Under the pieces are notes generated by a model. That model saw only the letters and a list, made by a program, of their open reading frames with translations, did no database searches and was not told the DNA's origin. Shown here piece after piece: positions 38,025 to 51,899 of a stretch of 64,000 nucleotides of DNA (position 1 is the stretch's first letter; each line of letters opens with the position of its first letter). The translations under genes were made by a program, and so were the position numbers. Location: the NCBI RefSeq assembly GCF_009914755.1, contig NC_060940.1; one strand, written 5' to 3'. Source of the DNA: the human T2T-CHM13v2.0 reference genome, Homo sapiens.

Positions 38025-38140
38025 CTCTTGTAGTCCCGGGTATTTGGGAAGCTGAGGCAGGAGGATCACCTAAGCTCAGGAATTTGAGACTAACCTGGGC
38101 AACATAGCAAGACTGCCTACCTAAAGGAAAAATAAAGAAA
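38025..38140 (+). mobile_element. Alu monomer fragment
   Basis: tgtagtcccgggtatttgggaagctgaggcaggaggatcacctaagctcaggaatttgagac followed by an A-rich end. Confidence 0.75.
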
Positions 38141-38337
38141 AGGAGAATCGCAGGACAAAGTGTTGAGAGGCACAGAATAAAGACATTCAGTCAAACCTAG
38201 AATAGACTACCATCCTAGTAAATTTTCCCTAAATTCAGAACCTAATATGTGCCAGACACTGAGCTCAACAATGGAATATATTGGTGAGAAAATGAAATAA
38301 TTAAATTTCAGCTGTGATAAATGACACTATGAGAAGG

Positions 38338-38397
38338 TCTAGACACTAGTCTAGAAAAAGAAGACACTTTTTCTAGACACTAGTCTAGAAAAAGAAG
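38338..38397. repeat. 26-bp exact direct repeat with embedded inverted repeats
   Basis: tctagacactagtctagaaaaagaag at 38338-38363 and 38372-38397. Confidence 0.95.
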
Positions 38398-39580
38398 CAT
38401 CACTACAGAAATCACAATGGAGCAGAGATCCAAAGGGGAAGAGAACTTCAGCAGGTAACATCAGAGAGAAGAATGGTTCAGGCAGAGGGAAGAGTGTGTG
38501 TATATACATCATCACGTGGGAGGAAGAAGTAGGGCTTGTTGGAAATGCCGAATGAAACCTCATGTCACAGTAACATGAAAAGTCATGAGTATGACCTGAA
38601 GAAGACTGGCAGAAGGCAGACCACCAAGGACCATGACTAGCAAGCTCAGCTTGTAGTTTTATCCTGAGACTAACAGGAGATTGCTGGAAGTTTTGAGACC
38701 CCAGGCACATAACAGCATCTTCTTCTGGCTATCATCAAGAGTCAACGTCATCAGGAGAAGACCTATCGTTAAGCTCTGGCAATTGTCCATATGGAGGTTG
38801 ATGAAACTAACATGTGAATAGAGGCTTGAAAGAAGAGTGAGGGAGTTGGTAGAAGAGCAGTGGATGCCATCTTAACAGAGGTACTCAGCCTAGACAGGAG
38901 AGTGTGATCATTTTGAGAAATGCGGATATAATCCGTTATTGCTGGAGAATTGAGTGCAGAGAGTGTTGTAGAAGAGGATGTCTCAGCCAGACTTTGGAGG
39001 GCCTAATGAAAATAGGTTGAAGATTCAGATCTTTATTCTAAGCAGTATTACAAGAAGTTTTCAAGAAAGATTGTTAAAAGATCACTGGGAGAAGGGATAA
39101 GGATTAAAAACCAAAACTAATTCCATGCGTAGATGAGGAGACTGCTGCTTCGTGAAAAACTGTCTTAGTCATTTTCATATGTCAAAAGTCCTTTTAGAAG
39201 ATGTCAGCCAAGCAGTTAGGACAAAAGTCAATCTGATGTTATAGTGCCTGCCTCAGAGGGAGTTCTGATGAAAAAAATATTTGTTTGGTTAACATTGACT
39301 GATGCAGATCTTACGATGCACAAACTGGCCCTGCCAACTCCTGTGGTTCAAAGAACTCACCCCTCTTGAGATACATGCCATGATTATGTGATTGATTAAA
39401 TAGCTCATCAAGTGAAAGGACAAGGCTGGAGCTTTGTTCTATCACAGCTGGAGCTGCCATTTTGAGTAAGGAATTCCAGTTACACAATACAATGATATGC
39501 AACTTGGAAAATTCACAGAATTATCCAGTTATATAGAAATTATACATTGTGTGTTGTGTCTTGAACTTCTCTCGTGGTTT

Positions 39581-39582
<2 letters not shown>

Positions 39583-39624
<42 letters not shown>
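39583..39624. repeat. (GT)21 microsatellite
   Basis: Read directly from the sequence. Confidence 0.97.
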
Positions 39625-39625
<1 letters not shown>

Positions 39626-41576
39626 CGGTTAGTTTAGTTAGTTATTTCTTTTTAGTGAGGATTTCCTGTTTTCTGTCCCAATTGTCCTCCAGATTCTGAT
39701 TTCTGAGGTGTAGGAATGGCTTAGGTATCTGCATTCAAATAAAACTCTGCAGATAACTGTCAGACATATAGTGGTGTTAACCTCATCCACTATACATAAG
39801 TATTTAATTGAATTGAAACAACTTGGGAGAGGGTATCTTAGCAGTTTGTTTACTCAACCAGCACCTATTAAGCATCTTGCTATCTATAGCCATGGTGGTG
39901 GGTGAGATGAACCAGAAAGAATTTGTAAATATATAAAAAAGGAGAAAGCTGAGTAGAGAACCCAGAAGATTATATGCCTTTTGAGAGTGAACAAGGAAGA
40001 GAGATGGAGGAGGAAAATTTTGAAAGATAGGAGGAAAACCAGGCAAGAGTAAATCTGTCAAATACTTCATAATAATTACAGTGTTTTAATATTTCTTCAT
40101 TTTTGCTTTTATCACTCTTCAGGCAAAATGTTCATAAACATTGTGAGATGGGACCTAATTTACATATTCTGCCAATTATCTGTATTTATATATAACCGCT
40201 CAGAGGTTTTCCCCCATTACCCCGAATAATTGAGAATTGGCTATAGAAGCGGTTTTCCTTCCCCACTGAATAAATGTGCTGTATTTATATTATCCATTAC
40301 CAGGTGGCAGACGTGATGTTCAGTGATGTGTGTTACTTATCTGAAACTTGAAGCTCCTTTCAAGGTTCAAGCTCACCAGTTAATAGAAGATAATCTGTAT
40401 GGAGCATAAATTTCAAGGAGATGTCTACAATAAATCTTTCGTGAGCCTTCCATTTGCCAAGATAGCTCTTGCTGGAGTTGACTATATTAGTAGTAACCAT
40501 TTGCACTATCCTGTGGCAATGATAAAGCTTTTACATTATGTGAATTATATTGGACATACTCTATTTTTTCACTTTCATTTGTTTACTAACAGAACATAAG
40601 ATAGAAAGCTTTCAAATCATTTGGCAAAATATAATTAAGAATCACTCAGACATGTAATTTAATCAGGAGAATAGGAAACACATAAAGGTTATAAATGACT
40701 TCACAAATGACTTTAGAATTCGTATTCATACTAATTCTTTTATGATGCAGATTAGGGAATTGAGTTAGATAGATTTAAAATGTTTGGTTTTCATAGTATT
40801 TTAATTAATTAAAATAAAATCCATGTGGTTAACCTCAGTATACAAAGAAAACAATTATACTTCCATCTCTTTAATGTCCAGGCTTCTAAATCATGTCTTA
40901 GTATTTTAAATGTGAGGGGGTTTCACACAGAGATGCTAATAACATTAGTAAATATGGAATGCCACTTGTGGGAGCGTGTTTTAATGTTGCCTTACTCCCT
41001 CAAATTTCATTTTGAATGACTCTTCTATTATGTAGATTTTTAGATTCTGGACATTCTTAGTTATTTCTTTGTCTTTTTTTAGGCATATAAAACCACAGAA
41101 TATTTTATTTTAATTCCAATTATGCTTTTTCAGAGAAAGGCAAACTATATCCCTGTTTCCTCTTGCTATGATAGAAAATTGCTTTTGGGATCCAATTCTT
41201 CTCTGCTAAATCAATCAAATTTGATCTTTGAAGCAGAAAAAGAAAACAGACATACAGTTCAAATTTGTATTGGAAACATTATCTCTTCTAATTTTAAATA
41301 TGTAATCAGAAGAGGAACAATATCTTTAGAAACCAAACCTCAAGAGATGGGCTGTGACTCTAGCTGTGATGGTGAAACATTCAGCAAACATTTCAGAATC
41401 CATCAGCTCAGACTCAGTCGAACATACCCATACCATCTGTCTAAATGGTTTGTGGATGCAATCCAATATGACACAGGGAATCGTGTACATACCCTGATGC
41501 TCAATATGACCCACGTGTTTGGTTGAAGATATTTTGTAATTATTCTATTATAATTTACTGTGATTTAGAGATTTGA

Positions 41577-42136
<560 letters not shown>

Positions 42137-43305
42137 TAGAAAACAACTGAAACCTAGAGGTTAAAATATTAAAAGAACTTGGTGCATAAGGGTTAAGAGA
42201 ACGCTGGATTTATACTGTATTGCTGAAATTTTCAGTCTGCCATTTAAAGGTGGTGTGACTTGATGAGTTTCTGAAACCAACGTTGGTTTATTTCCCATAT
42301 GGAAATTGAAGTTATAATAGAATCCATTTCATTGAGTTGTTGAGAGCATTCAGTAATTAAAAAATATAGGATGCTTAAAAATATGTTTGGAACATAAGAG
42401 TTCAGTAAAAACTAATTTAAAAATGTCAAGATTTTAGTGAAATATAAATGTCTGGTGAATAGAAGTTTATTCATTCTTCTCCCTTGACAATACCAACCAT
42501 GTCTTTCTCAACTTTGTGGCTACAGAAATTAGAAAAGTGTTTTGCAATAAGGTTTGCATAATAAATACAGAAATGAATGAAGACAAATTATTCTGAAAAC
42601 ATTTAAAAATCATATCTTCACATTAGGATATCACCTAACCTAAAAACTTGCCAAGAAACTACCTAATTTAAGACTATATATTGAGTTATTTGAGATATTT
42701 GTTTACATAATAGTCTATGTTTCTTTACTGAAGCTTCCTTTGCCTAAATTGATTAGTTTATGACTACTCTAAAAAATCTATATTATCTCTAGATTTATTT
42801 CACTTTGTTTATGGGATCTTCAGGTCACTACAATATATGATGAATACAAGTAAAACAGAAAACTCAATAATTTAGTTAATAGCATAGAATTCAAGTAAAT
42901 ACTCAAGACATGTAACCATTAAGCTAACTAGTTGATACAAAGCCCATGTACATTATTTTACAGCAAAAATTATAATCACTTTCAAGACCACAGTTAAAGC
43001 TTATTAACAATAGTAACTGAAAATAAATGAGAATTTTGCAAAGATTATCCACTTTTTAAAAGGAAAACTGAGGAGTGTTAGAAAAAATAGTTAACATACA
43101 ATTTTCCTTTATGATATTTGGTTGTTTAGGAAATTATAGTAATTCCAAATGTATTCTATTTCAGGAGATAATGAAGGCATGCAATAATATTTTATTTTAG
43201 TAAATAGTATGATTGATACATAAGTGACAAACTCTAGATATTCATAAAGTTGTATCACTCTGAAAGTTTTGAAAATAAGGTAAGACAGCCTTTTGTAAAA
43301 AAAAA

Positions 43306-44222
<917 letters not shown>

Positions 44223-45109
44223 GTATTTAAAAAGTCTAAAAATTTATGAGATTGTGTTACTCTGAAGAAAAATCTTTTGAAATTTCTAAAAATGAGTCAA
44301 AATAAGACTCTTACTCCATTTTAAGTGTTCTTTTATATAGGTAAAAAGAATGCCTTTTGGTTTGTAGAGTTAATTTATTTGTTGATTTAGTAAATGTTTG
44401 CTGAGCATGTGTTAGGTTTAAAGACCTCACAAGTGTAAAAACAATACTGGCAATCAGAATATAGAGTTTCATAGCAGATCTGTGATCAAACAACACCTCT
44501 AATGCAAGGTAGGTGTAAGAATTCCTCCCAGAGAAGTTGTAGTACTGAAATAAAAAAGTCATTTCTGGATTGAAAAAAAAGTCATTTGGATTATCAGGAA
44601 GTTCTTTATTAATCAGGTGGCTTTTAGATAGATTTTCATATACCAGGGTTTCACCAGATGAAGTTAAATGGGAAGGATATTTTAAGGGATAAGAATCAAA
44701 TGAGCTTCCATTGGGAATATTTGGATATAGTTCAATTTGATTTTGCTGCATTTTTTATTCTATGTTTAAATTACACCTGTAACATCAATGAGGAATGTCT
44801 GCTTAAACATTTTTAGTGAAAGGACACTCAATACCTCAGAAAAGAAGTTGATTTTATTGTCTATCAGCTCATACAACTATTACCTTCTTCCTTAGTTTGA
44901 ACTAAAATATGTCCTCTCTAATATCCAGCCCCTGGCTTTTCTCTAATTAGAACATCTGAATATGCATATTATCCAGCTTTTTAAAAATTGTCATTTGAAT
45001 CCTTGAGAATATCTTTCAGGCTTTTTTGTGTCTTCCTCTCAAATTAAATGCCTCAGTTCTATCCATCAATACTTAATTGACATAACATTTTTGTGGACAT
45101 TCCACCATC

Positions 45110-45408
45110 TTTTTTTTCAGAAACAGAGTCTTGCTCTGTCACCCAGGTTGAAGTGCCCTGGTGGGATCACAACTTACTGCAGCCTTGAACTCTTGAACTG
45201 AAGTGATCTTCCTACCTTAGCCTCTCTAGTGGCTGGGACTACTACAGGAGCATGCCACCACACTTGGCTAATAAAAGTATTTTTTTTTTTTAGAGATGGG
45301 GTCTCACTATGTTGCCCAGGCTAGGCTTAAAATCCTGGGCTCAAGCAATCCTCCTGCATCAGCCTCTCAAAATGTTGAGATTATAAGTGTAAGCCAGTGC
45401 GCCTGGCC
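45110..45408 (-). mobile_element. AluJ
   Basis: Antisense diverged Alu. TSD attccaccatct / atcccactatct. Confidence 0.92.
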
Positions 45409-45865
45409 ATCCCACTATCTTGTCATTCTTACCTGGATATTCTCTAATTTAAAATATTCCCTGTTATTCTTGTAGAATCAAGTTATGTTGGAAAATATTA
45501 AGAAAGAAAATGAATTTCTCTAGGCTAACTATAGGCATTTCCAGGTAATTAAAATGTAGAGCCATTGATAGCTTGACAGAACAACATGGAATGTAAACAT
45601 CTCAACTTTCATCTTTCTTTAATAGCCTGATTCTTTGGGGGATTTAGAGATATAATAAAACTTTTACCCCAATAATTGAGATTGATTTCCTCCAAATAGA
45701 GTAATGTTATTTTAACCATGATACACTTATATATGTCTAGAATAAATTAGAGATGTTTGTGTCTTCTTAAGCAACAGCTAAGTCAGTAAGAAAGGCATGG
45801 GTATAACATTGCCTACCCTAATGCTGGCTAACCATATCACATCACATAAATATATCACATATATA

Positions 45866-46762
45866 TGTGCTTTTTTTCCTCTTTATTTTACATAGTCAAT
45901 ATAACACAGCATCTCCTGTCACCAAAATGTGTGTGTGTTGGTCGGGGTGGAAGGTGAGGTGTTCTTTCTACCAGCAGCTAGTCAATTCTCTGAGAGATTC
46001 TCCAGCAGACAGACTGGCTATAAGACCTCTAATTCGATTCAGTTCTCACATTACCTACCTGAAGATAATGTCAGATCTCAAAGGTTGAGGACCTCAGCCC
46101 CACAAGGCTGCTCCCCACTTGAGATATGAGTTATCAAATATATCGAATCACAGCCTGTGCTTCTGACTGATCAAGCTATACGCTGGGGTCTCCACAATCC
46201 CCCCTCAGATTCGATCAATTTTCTAGGGCATCTCAAAGAGTTCAGGACAACACTTTACTCACATTTTTTGGCTAACACATTTTAAGGATAATACAGAGGA
46301 TACAGATGAGCAGCTAGAAGAAGTAATAAACAGGGTGAGGTATGGGGAAAGTGGGATGGAGCTCCCGTGCCCTCTCGAAGTATCCCATCTTCCAGGAACC
46401 TCATGTGTTCAGCTACCTGGAAGCATATTTGAACCCCATGCTTTGGGGTTTTATGGAGGTTTCATTATGTAGGCATGACTGATGGAATCACTGGACATTG
46501 GTGATGAATTCATCCTGCAGGCCATTTTCCTTCCCTGGAGGTTGGGGCATGGGACTGAAAGTCCAAATCTGTAATCATGCCTTGATCTTTCTGGTGACCA
46601 GCCCCCATCCTGGTACTATCTGAGACCCCCAGCCACCAGTCTTCTTTTTCACAAACAGAAGACATTTATCACTCCCATCACTCTGGAGATTCCAAAGATT
46701 TTAGGAGCCGTATGCTAAGAAATGGAAATAAAAAATCAAATATATATTCCATAATATCAGCA
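45866..46762 (-). mobile_element. MER21-family ERVL solo LTR
   Basis: tgtcaccaaaatgtgtg...acctacctgaagataatgtcagatc...aggttgagg...ggtgaccagcccccatcctg...ctggagattccaaagattttaggagc...ataatatca. Confidence 0.75.
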
Positions 46763-47594
46763 TATATAATATAATATAATATAATAGAAATGTGACCGTA
46801 TATTAAAGGCAAGTGGAAACTGTAGCTATTTATTTATTTATTTATTAGCAAACAGAATTTTATTCTCAACAGAGGTACCCATAAAATGCTATCAGAAAAT
46901 GATTCAACTCAGTATTCTCTCTCATTTCTCAGTTGTTTATGCAAGGAAATGGTCCTTCTGTGGCACTCTGGTAACCTTGCACGTATCCACAAGGGCCATA
47001 CACACAAAAGTTTCGACCACAACTACTGGAAGTCTTGGTAGAAAGCTTTATGATTCTCTGGAAACACTGGAGGCTGGGAAACCTGTGAGAAGCTCTTCTG
47101 AGGCCATCATTTATTCCCAACCCCCCATTCCCTGCTTTCCTCTTGATGGTTGTCATAGGCAATTTTCCACTGCAACTTGGACTCTGATGAGCTATGGGGC
47201 TTTCTGTCTTGTTCCCCTCACAACAGAGCTGCCAAATATAAAACTGCTTAGATGCAGAGTAGAAACAGCTTCTCAACAGCTGGGTGTCTTTCCAATCCTG
47301 TTGCCGTCACCTAGCCATTTCTCATTCAGTGTTCTTTTGGGTATATGGAACATGGACCACAAGGATCTGTCATCTCTGCCTATACTTTCTTCTACTGTTT
47401 ATGCAAAGAAAATATGGAATTTGAAGTGACTCATAACTTCACTGGTTAAGTTAGTCAAGCCTTGGTCTTACCTTGTCTTATGTGTGCTTGACAGTTTTCA
47501 GATAGAAAGATCAAAATTTGAAAATGTGAAACAATTACCCTCTCTGCCAAAAATATCTTCAGAGACATTACTGTCTAGATTAACTACAGGGATC

Positions 47595-47912
<318 letters not shown>

Positions 47913-48439
47913 TAAAATTTTACTCAAGAAGAATGTAATCTTGAAAGCACAACTATTGCTGGAACATAAGCATCATTTTTATTTTGTGTTAATATGAATA
48001 GAAAGTTATTTATTAGTTTTTACTGCATCTGCTTTTATTTCTTACTGTTAACTGACACTTCTTGCTTCTGTAAGTCCCTTCATCTTTCCTCCAATTTGTT
48101 GAAATTCAATTGGGTGGGAAAATCAAGTAAGCAAGCTTGATAAGATTTATAGGTTTAGATAATGTCAAAATCAGAATATTAGTGCCCAAAAGGAACTGTA
48201 TGTATTTTCTCTGTTGTCAGAGGCAGGATAAAGATAAAAGGACTAGTGGTCTTTCCACTAGTATAGGCCCTGGGCTAAAAATGTAATGTGGGAACACTAC
48301 ATCTTTACTTACTTTTGACATTTGAATTGTTCCCTCAAAAATATTTTAGAAACCCCCCTCTCTTTCCCCACCTTCTCAGATATTTTGTTTAAGCAAATAT
48401 TTTTCAGGGAGGAAAAAAAAAACCTAAATAGAAGCAATT

Positions 48440-48660
48440 TAGGCAGTACAAAAGCACTGACTTTGGGTTCAGACTAATTTGAGTTCAAATTGTATCTCTG
48501 CCCACAGCCAGGTTATAACCTTATTGAAGCTATTTATCCTGTCTGAGCCCCAGTTCTCCTATTAAGGGAGAATAAGAAATACCTAATTCAGGAAGTTTTT
48601 ATAAGCATTAAATGAAATTTTAAAAAATTGATTTACAGAATAATAGATGTTATAAAGTTA
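48440..48660 (+). mobile_element. MIR fragment
   Basis: aaagcactgactttgggttcagac...gagttcaaat...ctgagccccagttctcct. Confidence 0.6.
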
Positions 48661-51128
48661 ATAAATGTAAGTAATTATTAAAATATTCCTTTAAGAAGTA
48701 TTATTTATGCCTATATTAGGTAATATACTGTTTAAGATATATGAAGTTTAAACATATATTTGTTGTAGAGATCAGAAATGTGAATATTTGAAACTTGGAG
48801 TTTCTAGAGAGGACTGGTAAGTAGGCAAAGTTGAAATTTCTTCTTAGCATCTGTCTCTTTCTCCAAGCAATTTGGACATAGTTTTCTCTGCTTCACTAAG
48901 CTACTATTCTCCCTTCTGATTTCCATTTTCCCAAACAATGTCATCTTTTGTCTCGCGTTGTTTCTTCTCCTATTCCTTGTCTTTGTGGGTTCACATCTGT
49001 TTGGGGGATGAGGGTGTCATTATAAATGTGGTATTCAATCAATCATGCCTAAGTGCAAGACTAATAAGTACTTTTTAAGAAAACTCAAAAGTGCCATTGG
49101 AAAACAGAAAAAGAGTAACAATCTCTACTTGGTTCAGTCTGGAAATAGTTTAGTAAATCAGAAACATTTGCAAGGGCAGGGTGGTTTGGGGCTAGAGAGA
49201 CTGAAAATAGGGTAAGAAGTTGATGAATTGCCTAACTGTTTAGGGAATGAGGCTTCAGCGAAACAAGTACTCCATGCATGGAGTATTCAAGAACATTTCT
49301 GGAGGATTGGAAGAGTTCAGACTTTATGGCCATGGAAACCAGAAAACCTGGGGTAATATAGTCAGATTTCCATTTTATAATAACAATTCTTAAAACATCT
49401 TGAAGGAGAAATCAATGAGAGAGAAAATTGCAGGTGCAAAGAATAGGTAAGAGGCTGCTGAAAGAGACCAGACCAGGAATGAAGAGGGCTTGAGTACATA
49501 GTCTATCTGATGAGCATCGCAAATTTGATTTTTAGTGAACTCATTCTGTAATCTTAGGAGAGGCTCGCAGTAATGTGTTTCTCTGTCAGACTTAACTCAT
49601 TTCTCTTTGTTTTTCATCTCTCCTCCTTCTACCACTCCCATTCCTAAACCATCTTCTCTATAAGTCCTTGCCGGGGACACCGATGCTAATTTATCTTCGC
49701 CTTGGGCTCCCCCATGTTATGCCATAGTGTTAAACAAATTTTCAGCTCTTACTACCATGAGCATGAGGTGGTATGCATAAATCTTACAGATTTGCTTTTC
49801 CTCTTTTCCCCCGCAAAACACTTATCTCTGAAACTGGCGCTGCATTGCTGATGCAATCACTAAAACGCTGTCCCCGTCCAGAATTCCAGATGGTATAAAC
49901 AGCTTTTTATCTCCTATTGGAAAATGGCATATTCAGGGCAAGTTTACGCCTACATAAAATTTCATTGGCAAATTATTTGACACTCAGATAACTGATTAAA
50001 TTAATTGAGCTTTTAATCTACATTGTTTTATGCAAAACAGTCTGTTTAATCCATTTCCAAATCTGGATATTTAAAAATAAAGTATTTTTGCTTTTCCTCA
50101 TAAAAACAATTAATTTCTCAAATGTAACTAATTAGCCAACAAGGTATCATAAGAAATGAATGCCAGTTTTATAAAAGTTTACACTCTTGTATGCTGAAAT
50201 CACTTTTGGCATTTATTATTCCCAATAAGCTACACATTTTGAATCTTAGGACAAACTGTAATGTTTATGCTGTACATATTTTTAAGATTTCATGAAATAA
50301 TGTGGAGCTTACTCAGGGTAATTATTTATAAATCAAAATTCAATCATATTTGAGTTCATATACATTCAAAGAATAGAGATTAGATTAGTTTCTGAGGCTC
50401 TTGAGGTAAATCTACATTCCCAGAACAATTTAAAAAATTGCTAATAATTCACAATGGGTGATTTAGACATCTGGTAAACCTGAGCCCAGGTTTTAAAAAT
50501 ATTATCCTCAGCATCTGTGATACTTTGCTCTAATTATGTCAAAGCAATACAGAAATGGATGAAAATGAAAGCCTCCCAGGATTTGAGGTCATAAGGGAAA
50601 ACATTTTGAGGTATTTGGGATTTTTTTTTAATTAAAAGTACTTGATTGCTTTACAACAGTTGCTCTCCTGGCAGGCAGTCTTTCCTAAGAAGATACCTTA
50701 TCAGAAAGAAGGTTTTGTGAAATCATGCTCTAAGGGACATTGGCAGCTGTGTATGAACCTGAGATTTCCCTTATCCATCAAATATTATGTTTTTAATGCT
50801 GTTCTGGATAGAAGAGGGTCAAAAGTAGGATTTATAAATAAAAGGTGTTACATGGTCCGATCTCCCAATTCACAGAGGAAGTGTTTAAAAATAATATGAC
50901 TTTTATAAACTGAAAGATGTAAATGCACTATAAACCTAGGAGATTGGTGTTCTCCATTGATCATTATCATACATTTGAGCAGTGGCAGTCTGAATAATGA
51001 ACCAATGGGTTAAATGAGAAAGCCTGAATTAAATAGATCTAGGGCAAGTATGATTGCTACAGTGTTTTAAGTAACAAATTAAATATAAGGTTGGTTAAGA
51101 AGAGCTTACACATTAGAGATTGTCCAGT

Positions 51129-51899
51129 TGATAAGGAGAGGGGCAGGGAAGTGCTGGGTAGAGAAGGGCTGGGTCCCTGGCGAGGGCCCCTCCCTCAGGG
51201 CTTGTGCCCACGGACCTAAGTGAGGACAGGCACTCTTGTTTTTGCATCCAAATATTGCATTTTCCAGACCACTCTGGCCTGCCACAGCCCCCATCCTGTG
51301 CCTATAAAAACCCGAGAGCCTAGTGGGCACACACACAAGCAGCTGGACGTCGAGAGGAACACACCAACAGAAGAACACACCGACAGACTGACAGACCATC
51401 GACGGCACAACAACACGGATTCGGCCAGGGGCAAATGGAGGAAAGTCTGGCAGCCTGACTCCAGGGGAAGACCACCTGCCCACTCTATCCGCCTTCTGGC
51501 TCCCCATCCATTTGCTGAGAGCTACTTCCACCACTCAATAAAACCTTGCACTCATTCTCCAAGCCCACCTGTGACCCGATTTTACCTGTATACTAGGGCG
51601 AGAACCTCAGGATAGAGAAAGCCCTCTGTCCTTGCAATAAGGCGGAGGGTCTAATCGAGCTGATGAACCCAAGCCGCCTATGGACAGCTAAGCTGAAAGA
51701 GCATACTGTAACACACGGGGGCTTCAGGAGCTGTAAACACTCAACCCTAGATGCTGCCCTGGGGTTGGAGCCTATGTTTCCCATGACCTGCTCATCTGCA
51801 TGCTCCCCCTAGGGGTTTGAGCTGTAGGACACTGAAGAATCGAACCACACCCCCATTGCACGCCTTGAGATGGGGATAAGGGAAATTTTCCCCGTTTCA
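51129..51899 (+). mobile_element. LTR1-family (LTR1B-like) ERV1 solo LTR
   Basis: Starts tgataaggagaggggcagggaagtgctgggtagagaaggg. TATA cctataaaaa at 51301-51310, AATAAA at 51537. Ends ttttccccgtttca. Exact TSD cagt at 51125-51128 and 51900-51903. Confidence 0.87.

Noticed and set aside
41122-41526. 134-aa ATG-initiated ORF in unique DNA
   Set aside because: No recognisable domain, no convincing splice or promoter context, and a length attainable by chance in 64 kb.
44311-44751. 146-aa minus-strand ORF
   Set aside because: No recognisable homology and partly overlaps L2-like sequence.
49268-49285. Perfect 18-bp palindrome tactccatgcatggagta
   Set aside because: Roughly 0.3 such palindromes are expected by chance in 64 kb, and there is no supporting context.
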